Shown here: positions 53,580 through 64,000 of the stretch, piece by piece
Position numbering within the stretch: position 1 is the first letter of the stretch
Layout: each line of letters starts with the position of its first letter
Origin: Haliotis cracherodii
Lineage: Eukaryota
Direction of reading: 5' to 3'
NCBI RefSeq assembly: GCF_022045235.1
Contig: NW_027266275.1
Location: 27,280,001 to 27,344,000 of the forward strand
DNA length: 64,000 bases
Notes under the pieces: model-generated
Databases searched by the model: none
The model's input: only the letters and a program-made list of their open reading frames with translations
Told to the model about the DNA's origin: nothing
Program-made: the position numbers and the translations under genes

Positions 53580-53922
53580 GACAAAAAAACAGATTAGTCT
53601 TGGTTCTCAGGCAGCGCCCGCAATGTCATATCATAAAGTTTCATTTTTATTTCCATTTATTAAAAAAAAATATTTAAAAATCCTTAAATATTCCACATCC
53701 AACCGTAGTCAAATACTGTATTTCAGTATTTTACTCATCAAGGAGGCCCTTTCCCAGGTTGATTGTACACAACTGTTTATTTGGTTACACAACTGTTTAT
53801 TTGGTGACAAAACTGTCTATTTGGTTACATACTAGTTTGAACAACAACAAAAAACACTACCCGCCCGCGATATATTTTCAAAAGCCATTGCCTGAGAACC
53901 AATTCATTCATTTTTTAAAGCC
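53580..53922. mobile_element. PIF/Harbinger-like MITE (TAA TSD)
   Basis: TTGGTTCTCAGGC...GCCTGAGAACCAA inverted repeats with TAA flanks. A related copy lies at 55744-55964. Confidence 0.6.
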
Positions 53923-54418
53923 TAATAGCTCCTTTCTTTGAGAGACCTACATGTATCACCAGTACTCTTTTGTTTAAGTAAGCATGAGTATGGTGCTAAC
54001 AGACCAGACAGACTTCATATAAACATTGTGGGTAAGGCAATATTAAATCAATAAATAAACAACCTATTATAAATTTTAGTCTAAAACATCCACAACCTTT
54101 CATCTGTCAACACATTATCTGACATAATATCACTACACATCTGTGACACCAACATGTAAAAATATTTAAAAAATTGAAAAATAAAATCTGACTAATACAC
54201 AGATAAAATGTACTACACAAATAACATCAATATCCATACAGTGTGATAAGTATGTAAACCATCCTGTCAGTACATATTCCAGCCTCTTATTATATCACAG
54301 CACGTCACTTATTATACTTATGACATACACAAGGTATATCAATCGTTGGGGTTCCAAACTCTGTGTAGATTTAAACTTAACAATCCTCAGTAAGAACACT
54401 GATGTAGGACAAGACAGA

Positions 54419-54578
54419 NNNNNNNNNNNNNNNNNNNNNNNNNNNNNNNNNNNNNNNNNNNNNNNNNNNNNNNNNNNNNNNNNNNNNNNNNNNNNNNNNN
54501 NNNNNNNNNNNNNNNNNNNNNNNNNNNNNNNNNNNNNNNNNNNNNNNNNNNNNNNNNNNNNNNNNNNNNNNNNNNNNN
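54419..54578. other. Assembly gap (160 N)
   Basis: Run of N. Confidence 1.
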
Positions 54579-55743
54579 CTAGCCAACTACGATGCTATGC
54601 TGCAGTTTAACATGAACACCCCCTTGGACTCGGCATACTCACTCTGAGCCAACCAGTCCTTTAGCCCCTTAATGCCCAACACCAGGCAGGGTAACAACAA
54701 GTATGGCGTTGCTGGGGATCGAACCACGGAAGGATTGAATTTGTTTGAAGAGTATTTCAGTCATATCACAAGGTGTCCGCTAAGGGGAAAGAAAAGCCTC
54801 AAGTGATGCAGGTCTTAGCCAATAGACGTTTACCACTTGGGTGAAGCCCACAACTACAAACCTTCGAACATAATCAGCATTCAGACTCATTGAGGAAGCA
54901 CCATTTAGGACAAGTTGGCATAATTTTGGCACTGGAATATATTTCCCAACTGAGAAGACTTCTAAAGAATGTTAGGCCTCGATATCTATCGCTGTACACC
55001 TATATGTCGTCTGCGACTTCAGCCACTTATCTGAAGCCTGAATCTAGTGTAAATGTTTGTTTGGTCTAGCTAGAACACCCAGCTAAAAATAAATCCATAT
55101 CAGTCTGTGACTTGAGCCACTAATCCAAAGCCCGAGTCAAGGAAAAAGTCTGTTTGGTCTAGTAAGCTTAGCTAATAACAGTCTACAGTAAATAGTAACA
55201 CTAAAATCTACTAAAAGGTGCTGAGAGCCAAGTTCAGGTTAGTGGACTCATACGTAACCATAGAGTTCTAGATATTTTTTGTCATTAAAAAATATACCTC
55301 GGGTCCGGGTAGTCCTACTCAGTACCCACCCGACCCGAGTACCTAAGGTACCCGAGTTACCCGTCCCTGCCCTGGTAGACTCAAATGTTTTTAGCACAGA
55401 CTGCTATATATGAAACTAAAACCTGCTGAAAATGGTGGGAAGAGACATTTTGGGGTTAGCAAACTCCACTGTTTGGGCACAGACTGATATATATTTTTTA
55501 CAAAAATGTGTGAAATCATCTCATATGTAAGAAATATCACAAATTGTACTTGTAAATACATCTAAATGTTTAGTTCTAATGTCTCAAAGCCAAGCAACTT
55601 CATCTTGAGTCTCATCATATTCTTTACTGATAATAAAGTATGTTTAAATGAAATGCCACGGACATTGCATAGAGAGCTTGATTTGCAACAAAGTATAACA
55701 AAAGACCTTGAAAAGAAACTGTTTGACAGCAGGTGTCACTTAA

Positions 55744-55964
55744 GGCTAAAAAAATAATAGTCTTGGTTCTCAGGCACCACCCGCATCATCACAAAGTCTG
55801 CCACACCTTTTGTTTTTATTTCCATTTTTTTTTAAATATAAAAATCCCATTACTTTAACACAATGCACACAAAAATTGAAAATTGAAACAAAAACGAAAT
55901 GTGGGATGAACTTTATGATGATGTGGGCAGTGCCTGAGAATCAAGACCATTATTTGTTTTAGCC
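55744..55964. mobile_element. PIF/Harbinger-like MITE, second copy
   Basis: TAA|GGCTAAAAAAATAATAGTCTTGGTTCTCAGGC...GCCTGAGAATCAAGACCATTATTTGTTTTAGCC|TCA. Confidence 0.65.
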
Positions 55965-56470
55965 TCACCCAGGCATAAGCAAATGTTCAAATGACACACT
56001 GATACAGACTTGGGATGAAGTCTGTAGTTGCCATGGTGTATGTAACACGTACGTGCCATTCTCATCAGTTACTGTGCAACAACCTGTCATGTGAAAATCC
56101 TTTGTCCTCAGGAAGTCTATATATGTCTGGCTCACTTAGATGTTTTTGTGACCATTGACACTCTTTGGAAACATAGCAGCAGATTTCAGTAGTAACTTCA
56201 CGTAAAGGGAGCATAGTAATATACCACTAGTATCTGAGGAATGAATTGCTATTATGTGTGTTTGGTCTAGCGAATTACAATGGTTTAATGTGAAGGCCAA
56301 GATAACCTTTGGAATGATGGCGTGTGTTGAAACCTGACATTATGTAAGTTGAATTACCTCCCCTTGTCAACAAAGTACAACAGGCTGAATACATTGCTTG
56401 ACATCAATGAAAGGGAGTTTACACTTCCTGACAAATGGCATGGGTACCTTGTCATAACACTAATCTTAAA

Positions 56471-58533
56471 GCTCCTATATCTAGGGGTACCAGAGCTCCT
56501 ATATCTAGGGGTACCAGAGCTCCTATATCTAGGGGTACCAGAGCTCCTCTATCTAGGGGTACCAGAGCTCCTATATCTAGGGGTCCCAGAGCTCCTATAT
56601 CTAGGGGTACCAGAGCTCCTATATCTAGGGGTACCAGAGCTCCTATATCTAGGGGTCCCAGAGCTCCTATATCTAGGGGTACCAGAGCTCCTATATCTAG
56701 GGGTCCCAGAGCTCCTATATCTAGGGGTACCAGAGCTCCTATATCTAGGGGTACCAGAGCTCCTATATCTAGGGGTACCAGAGCTCCTCTATCTAGGGGT
56801 ACCAGAGCTCCTATATCTAGGGGTACCAGAGCTCCTATATCTAGGGGTACCAGAGCTCCTATATCTAGGGGTACCAGAGCTCCTATATCTAGGGGTACCA
56901 GAGCTCCTATATCTAGGGGTACCAGAGCTCCTATATCTAGGGGTACCAGAGCTCCTATATCTAGGGGTACCAGAGCTCCTATATCTAGGGGTACCAGAGC
57001 TCCTATATCTAGGGGTACCAGAGCTCCTATATCTAGGGGTACCAGAGCTCCTATATCTAGGGGTACCAGAGCTCCTATATCTAGGGGTACCAGAGCTCCT
57101 ATATCTAGGGGTACCAGAGCTCCTATATCTAGGGGTACCAGAGCTCCTATATCTAGGGGTACCAGAGCTCCTATATCTAGGGGTACCAGAGCTCCTATAT
57201 CTAGGGGTACCAGAGCTCCTATATCTAGGGGTACCAGAGCTCCTATATCTAGGGGTACCAGAGCTCCTATATCAAGGGGTACCAGAGCTCCTATATCTAG
57301 GGGTACCAGAGCTCCTATATCTAGGAGTACCAGAGCTCCTATATCTAGGGGTACCAGAGCTCCTATATCTAGGGGTACCAGAGCTCCTATATCAAGGGGT
57401 ACCAGAGCTCCTATATCTAGGGGTACCAGAGCTCCTATATCTAGGGGTACCAGAGCTCCTATATCTAGGGGTACCAGAGCTCCTATATCAAGGGGTACCA
57501 GAGCTCCTATATCTAGGGGTACCAGAGCTCCTATATCTAGGGGTACCAGAGCTCCTATATCTAGGGGTACCAGAGCTCCTATATCTAGGGGTACCAGAGC
57601 TCCTATATCAAGGGGTACCAGAGCTCCTATATCTAGGGGTACCAGAGCTCCTATATCTAGGGGTACCAGAGCTCCTATATCTAGGGGTACCAGAGCTCCT
57701 ATATCTAGGGGTACCAGAGCTCCTATATCTAGGGGTACCAGAGCTCCTATATCTAGGGGTACCAGAGCTCCTATATCAAGGGGTACCAGAGCTCCTATAT
57801 CTAGGGGTACCAGAGCTCCTATATCTAGGGGTACCAGAGCTCCTATATCTAGGGGTACCAGAGCTCCTATATCTAGGGGTACCAGAGCTCCTGTATCTAG
57901 GGGTACCAGAGCTCCTATATCTAGGGGTACCAGAGCTCCTATATCTAGGGGTACCAGAGCTCCTATATCTAGGGGTACCAGAGCTCCTATATCTAGGGGT
58001 CCCAGAGCTCCTCTATCTAGGGGTACCAGAGCTCCTATATCTAGGGGTACCAGAGCTCCTATATCTAGGGGTACCAGAGCTCCTATATCTAGGGGTACCA
58101 GAGCTCCTATATCTAGGGGTACCAGAGCTCCTATATCTAGGGGTACCAGAGCTCCTATATCTAGGGGTACCAGAGCTCCTATATCTAGGGGTACCAGAGC
58201 TCCTATATCTAGGGGTACCAGAGCTCCTATATCTAGGGGTACCAGAGCTCCTATATCTAGGGGTACCAGAGCTCCTATATCTAGGAGTACCAGAGCTCCT
58301 ATATCTAGGGGTACCAGAGCTCCTATATCTAGGAGTACCAGAGCTCCTATATCTAGGAGTACCAGAGCTCCTATATCTAGGGGTACCAGAGCTCCTCTAT
58401 CTAGGGGTACCAGAGCTCCTATATCTAGGGGTACCAGAGCTCCTATATCTAGGAGTACCAGAGCTCCTATATCTAGGGGTACCAGAGCTCCTATATCTAG
58501 GAGTACCAGAGCTCCTATATCTAGGGGTCCCAG
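56471..58533. repeat. 24-bp minisatellite (GAGCTCCTATATCTAGGGGTACCA), ~86 units
   Basis: Near-perfect tandem array that produces the 700+ aa repeat ORFs in three frames. Confidence 0.97.
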
Positions 58534-59892
58534 ATAAAAAAGTGCAGCAGCAAACCTCAAAGAACCCTGGACCCCAAAATTTCTAACACTGAGGAAATCA
58601 GACTGCAACTATTTCTTGAATTAGCCATTAATTGGCTGACATGGGAACAAAAAATAAATATATTCAAAGACACTCCATTATGACAATAGCTTAACAAAAA
58701 TATAATTTTGTATATATTAAGTACATTCATAAAATCCTGTACACCCTGAGTGTAGCACATGTAAAAAAATTATCATTACAATTTCAAAAGCTACAAAGAT
58801 ATGATTTGGTGGCATATTTCAATTTAACAATTAGATCTATTTTGTGACTGCCACTGGACTTTAAGTATGGTAATTCAAAGAACTATCTGGATAACTTTTG
58901 ACATGACAAGTAAGTGACGTCACAACACACATTATGATGTCATGATGTCTGTACAAGCCAGCCCCCTCGTATAGGTCTTTACGACATGAAGACTGGCCAA
59001 TCAGATGGCTACATTTTTCAACAAGTAATGTGAGAAATGGGGTTTAACGTTGTGTCCAAGTTTATTGCACTTATATAGCGTGTGTGCATGCATCCCAACC
59101 CAAGATGTGACTGTCAGTGGATTGTGTTGAGTGAGCGATTGTTCTTTCACGCTGTCAGCAGAATTCCAGCTAAATCATGAATATTTATAGGTAATGATTC
59201 TGGTCCAGGAAAACCAATCATTAGTGGTAGTGGGAGACTAGCATACAGTCTAGGAAAACTTTCATTACACACTTCAATTCTCGCCTCTAATTATTAAAGA
59301 CTTGCTTTTTTATATTCTAGATTGACTTGGTTTCATAAAATACAGATATTCCAGTCATGGTTCAGGACTACAGTAGTGGGGGAGCACGGACTGCTTGATG
59401 TTTCGGTGTGATGACACACAATCAGCCACGTCACGCCTTTTGATCACCCTATCCCCTCTTTAAGAGGCGTGGCCTAAATGTAAATGTCCGATTAGGATTT
59501 TAAATTTTCCGGACCCCTGCCCTCTTATCATGCGCCTCTTACAACAAGTAAGGGACGCTTGGGGCTCTCCCCATGGACTCCCAACAGGGTCAGGGCTGAG
59601 TTGAACACCACTGTCAGCAATGTTTAGCTATGAGCATAGTGGCTTGCACATTATCAACTGGGTTGGGATCTAACCAGTGATTGATGGTGTGAGCATGAAA
59701 CCACATATTGGTGTGTATGCTACAGTCAGCCAGGCCACGGCCTCAGGATTGTCTCCCCTATTGACCTTTCATCCAATCACTGTCCCTTCTTAGAGGACAT
59801 TGTCACCAACCAATTTTCATTTTAGTCGCCTCTTACAACAATCATGGGTTACTGGAACCTATTCTGCCCCAGAGGGCAAGCAGATTGCTGGT

Positions 59893-62349
59893 TTAATTCC
59901 CAGAATAGTCTTCGCCAGTCAAGAGATGATCACCAGCGCGACTTCCTGTAAAAGACAATTCCAAACATTAGTTTCAAAACATGAACATCATGATTATTTC
60001 TACAGCCAAACATTCTTAAACATCATGATTGTCAGCCATGTTTGTAGGTTCTCTATATTTTAGTTGTCATCATGGAAGAGTTCAACAAACATTTGGTGGG
60101 TGGAAACAAATCATTACGTGAGTTAAATACAAAGATGGTCATGAACAGGATCACAAAATTATTTGAGTACCATCTTGATGTGATGCAAACAAACCATTAT
60201 GTTTGTCAATAAACAGTTGGGTCATGTTTGTTTGTTTGTTGTTTAACGACGCACTCAGCAATATTCCAGCTATATGATGGCGGTCTGTAAATAATCGAGT
60301 CTGGACCAGACAATCCAGTGACTGATATCTTGAGCATCGATCCACACAATTGGAATTCGATGACATGCAATCAACCAAGTCGGCCAGTCTGACCACCAGA
60401 TCCTCTTAGACAAGCATAGTCGCCTTTTATGGCAAGAATTGGTTGCTGAGGACCTATTCTACCCCGGATCTTCACAGGTGAAGTTGGGCCATGAATAGGG
60501 TCACAAAGTTATTATACAGTAGTAGCAGTTCAGTGGGTTGCAAACAAACCAATTTGTCACATATTGCCCCTACCTATACACAGCTCAGCGAAGCCCATAT
60601 CATCCTGCTGCACAGGTGTGTTGTCACTGGGCTGGGCAACAAGTGCAGTCGCCTGGGCAACAAGTGTAGTTGCTTGGACAGCATTGGTAGAAGTCTGATC
60701 TGGGCGTCGGAACCTCCTCCAGAGAAACACCAGTACTATGACCATGACCACCATCACACCACAGGAGATGGACACTAGCATGGAGACATTCACCGGGGTA
60801 GATGCTGGTCCGTCCTGCCCCGCATGTCCAGCTTGGAAGAACTCTAGACAAGACATAACAATAAATGTACACAGTATTTTTTATTTTTTTTGTTTAACGC
60901 CGCACTCAGCAATATTCCAGCTATATGAAGGCAGTCTGTATATAATCAAGTCTGGACCAGACAATCAAGTGATTGACATCATGAGCATCGATCCACGCAA
61001 TTGGGATACGATGACATGCATCAACCAAGTCAGCGAGCCTGACCACCTGTTAGTCACCTCTTACGACAAGCATAGTCGCCTTTTACGGCAAGCATGGGTT
61101 GCTGAAGACTATTCAGGTATTGTACACAGTATAAACAGTGACTTAACATAAGTGAAACTGTAAATAAGGTAACCATACTCTGTTCATACTGCACTGCTAG
61201 GTTATTTTCAGATGGGATGATTCTAAATTCATATTAAATTGCCTGTGCTATTAAAGATACATGTATATGTGGACAATATTTCAAACTCTGGTGAGCTTAA
61301 CAAATTTGAAATACTCTCTAAATATATTTCCAACACATTTTCTGATCAAAATATCTTGTCACATACATGAGAAACAGTATTTTCCAGCAAATGGGCATTT
61401 TATAACCTTGATTTGACATTATGTTTTAGATGGAATCACTACCGACCTGGACTGAGTAAGATCATCTTCCCGAGGCAAGGGAGATAACTGACTATAAAAA
61501 GTCCAGTTTCCACCCTTGCCCAAATAGGCTGGAATTATGGAGTTATATTTTGGCTGAACTAATGAGACTATGCATAGTCCAATCAAAATTTTTCAACGAA
61601 ATTAACATCTGTTTCGTAAACTGCAGTGCAGTTTTTGGTCGATTGCAGGATTTGCAAAGCATGTGTACCAACAAACTTAGCATCAACAGATATTTTCCCA
61701 ATCATTTCATGTTTTGAATCAAGGTGCTCGTGTGATTTGACGCACTTCGTGTAGTAAAAACCCATTTTATTACAATATAGATCTTGATTATCAACCAGAC
61801 CATTTCACTGGGCGATGCCGTTTTAGTTGAAGCCAATGTAAGTGACATGAGAGGTGAAATCTGATTGGTCAATGGGAGGGACATAGAAGGGACATAACTC
61901 ATAATTGCCACTGGTGGCGCTACAGTCAAGCCCAGAAATTCCAGCCTTGTTTGGCAAGGGTAGAAACTGGACTTTAACAGTCAGTTAACTCCCTTGCCTT
62001 GGGAAGATGGCAAAGATGTGTTCTCGTTGGAATATTAGTTTCCATATTGAGGCATGTTTAAATATTCTGATCTTAAATCTTTGCAGTGAACATGCTGCAG
62101 GTTCATTGGGAGGCATACAATTACCTCTACATACAACTCATTTTACAATGTAAACAGACACACATTTTATATCTTTGACAGGGCAAATGTGTTAACAGTT
62201 ATGGCAACAGTGTTGGATGAAGTACCTGGACAAAACTTGTTGCAGTCAGAGTTAGGATCCTTCAAGTACTCCCAATAGCAGATCTCATTACACCCCTGGC
62301 ATCTGCTAACAGCCTTGTCATAGTACTGGCCACTTTGACAGTGCTTCAT
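59893..62349 (-). CDS. TNFR-like gene A: BCMA-like single-CRD receptor, probably type III (no signal peptide seen), ~148 aa
   Basis: Exon 62349-62226 encodes MKHCQSGQYYDKAVSRCQGCNEICYWEYLKDPNSDCNKFCP (donor GTACTT). Exon 60843-60574 encodes EFFQAG..., TM MLVSISCGVMVVMVIVLVFLW, RRFRR and ...TPVQQDDMGFAELCI (donor GTAGGG). Exon 59945-59893 encodes GSRAGDHLLTGEDYSGN*. Phase-1 junctions are in frame. The last exon and the true N-terminus are less certain. Confidence 0.8.
60227..60478 (-). mobile_element. SINE S1 in last intron of gene A
   Basis: Full-length copy with TSD-like AGTTGGG[TC]CATG flanks. Confidence 0.8.
60890..61112 (-). mobile_element. SINE S1 in intron of gene A
   Basis: Matches the S1 consensus. 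Confidence 0.8.
61463..62009. mobile_element. Non-autonomous DNA transposon with ~70-bp TIRs in intron of gene A
   Basis: CATCTTCCCGAGGCAAGGGAGATAACTGAC...GTCAGTTAACTCCCTTGCCTTGGGAAGATG. Confidence 0.75.
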
Positions 62350-62977
62350 GTCTGGAGAGGGATGTGGCTAGAAGAATCTGCTGTGAATGGAGACCATAAT
62401 GCTGATATGTGATCAACCATGAGATAAGGGACTTTATGGGCGAAAAATCACATTTTGACTTTTCATTATCAGTTAAGACTACAGCATCTTCGGAACACAG
62501 AAGTACAATTCACAAGTTTAAAGTCATATTTATTGGAGAGATACATCCCATCACACACATCGATCTTCACTGAAGTAAGTTGATGTCAAACGTCTTTATG
62601 ACATCATAGCACAATTGTATCCTAGCCCCCCTAAGGTCCCTTTTCTCCTGGTGGGTCACATATGTTGTTTGTTAGTTTGTTTGTTGTTTACATCCACATT
62701 TGGCAATTTTTAGCTATATGCGATGTTTGTCTGTAAATAAATTAATCTAGATCATAAAACCATTGATTGATGTTATAAGCAATCGTCTCTATCAACCAAG
62801 TCTGACCACCAGACCCGTAAAGTTGGCTGGTACGATCGACAAGCATGTTTCATTCATGAGACTGTTAACTATTTGTTCCTCCCACTTGTATGCACAGGAA
62901 CTCGTTATTGGTCAGTAAATAAAAATATAGAGATCTACCCCTGTAAGTTCTCTACTTACATACAGGGGGTATATATT

Positions 62978-63398
62978 TTTATTTATCATCCAAAACTGGC
63001 TCACACAGGAGATATCGCTTGGATGAGATCAAGCGATATCTACACTGTAGATATCGCTGCAATGAAATTACATCACAATGCTTTGCAGACCATTGTGACA
63101 TCACTGGTTACCATGACGTCACAATCAAATGACATCACTAATGGCTCTGCTACTGAAGCTGTTTGCAGTACTTTTTACACTGAAGACACTGCTAATTACT
63201 GTCTACAATTGAAAAAATTGAAAGAATGATGTTGGATGATAAATAAAATCTCACCCTCGTGTCTTTTGATATCAAATATATCAACACTCGTTGATAAAAG
63301 TGGCAAAAATCCTCGGCAAGCCTCGGATTTTTCCACTTTTATCAACTCGTGTTGATATATTTGATATCAAAAGACACTCGGGTGAGATTCTCTATTTA
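62978..63398 (-). mobile_element. Hairpin-terminated element (family H1)
   Basis: Near-perfect ~150-bp palindrome at 63246-63390 centred on CTCGGCAAGCCTCG. The body is homologous to 49050-49300. Confidence 0.75.
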
Positions 63399-63778
63399 CT
63401 GACCAATAACGAGTTACTGTGCTTGTATGTCATTTTATCAGATGATCACGCATTATCTACATTCTCACCCATTTTTCTACACTACGATTGCAAAGAATTT
63501 TGTTATCATGAACAAAATATAACGCATTGTGCACACAAACCTAAAAACATGAAGGCTAGATCGCTCCTGAACAGGTGTGGCTGTCTTCTTGGTGAAGGCC
63601 AACTAGTACCGAGTTGGGCTGATTTGTGCTTATAAAATATTCACCTTGCCAACATACACGCGCTAATGGGTAAATATACGTCTGTGTGATGAATGAATAC
63701 CTCGAAATATATCAAATAAATCTGATAATTACCTTGCTTAATATACTGCGCCTCTTGCGCAAGCAATAATTTCCACCA

Positions 63779-63788
63779 GGGAATTCCC
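63779..63788. promoter_or_regulatory. Palindromic NF-kB (kB) site upstream of TNFR-like gene A
   Basis: Perfect GGGAATTCCC, with an adjacent GGGGATTTTA on the minus strand and minus-strand donors AAG|GTAATT (~63732) and AAG|GTGAAT (~63644) just downstream. Confidence 0.45.
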
Positions 63789-64000
63789 CAGTAAAATCCC
63801 CTCAGTCAGCTGACAACATATAGTTCTCGCTGCAGCTCTTTCTGTCGTACAAATATCTCCACATGCTTATATATGACAGTTATGGAAAATAGATTGTGTT
63901 CACATTGATCAGCTGTTGTCAGTATTTTGACGTTCTCTCAAACCAAAAGCAAAACTCGAGGCCTATCAGTCGACTATTTCGTGAGGGTTACGGAAAGGGA

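Noticed and set aside
56349-58608. 745, 700 and 718-aa ORFs
   Set aside because: They are translations of a 24-bp tandem repeat that is open in three frames at once, with no unique coding flanks.

Overview
This is eukaryotic, AT-rich, intron-containing and repeat-dense DNA. The SINE families resemble those of gastropod molluscs (probably abalone, Haliotis; this is an inference). The main result is a cluster of three paralogous minus-strand genes for small, death-domain-less TNF-receptor-like proteins of the BCMA/TACI/Grindelwald type. I assembled them by hand from GT-AG exons. Gene C spans 37329-32765 (signal peptide, 1 CRD, 170 aa), gene B spans 42549-40655 (signal peptide, 2 CRDs, 229 aa), and gene A spans 62349-59893 (1 CRD, no evident signal peptide, 148 aa). 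All coding introns are phase 1. All four CRDs follow C-x4-Y[YF]D-x5-C-x2-C-x3-C-x11-C-x3-C, the tails carry TRAF-type motifs, and kB-like sites lie nearby. Also present: a tandem duplication (about 8.7-13.5 kb and 13.5-19.6 kb) carrying two copies of a spliced 221-aa coiled-coil orphan gene with a double-CRE promoter; an intronless 278-aa ORF with PP1-docking-like SILK and RVxF motifs; the terminal exon of a single-pass membrane protein; a Penelope-like RT remnant; four minisatellite arrays; many SINEs and MITEs; a family of elements with ~150-bp terminal hairpins; and a 160-N assembly gap. All gene models are manual predictions without expression data.
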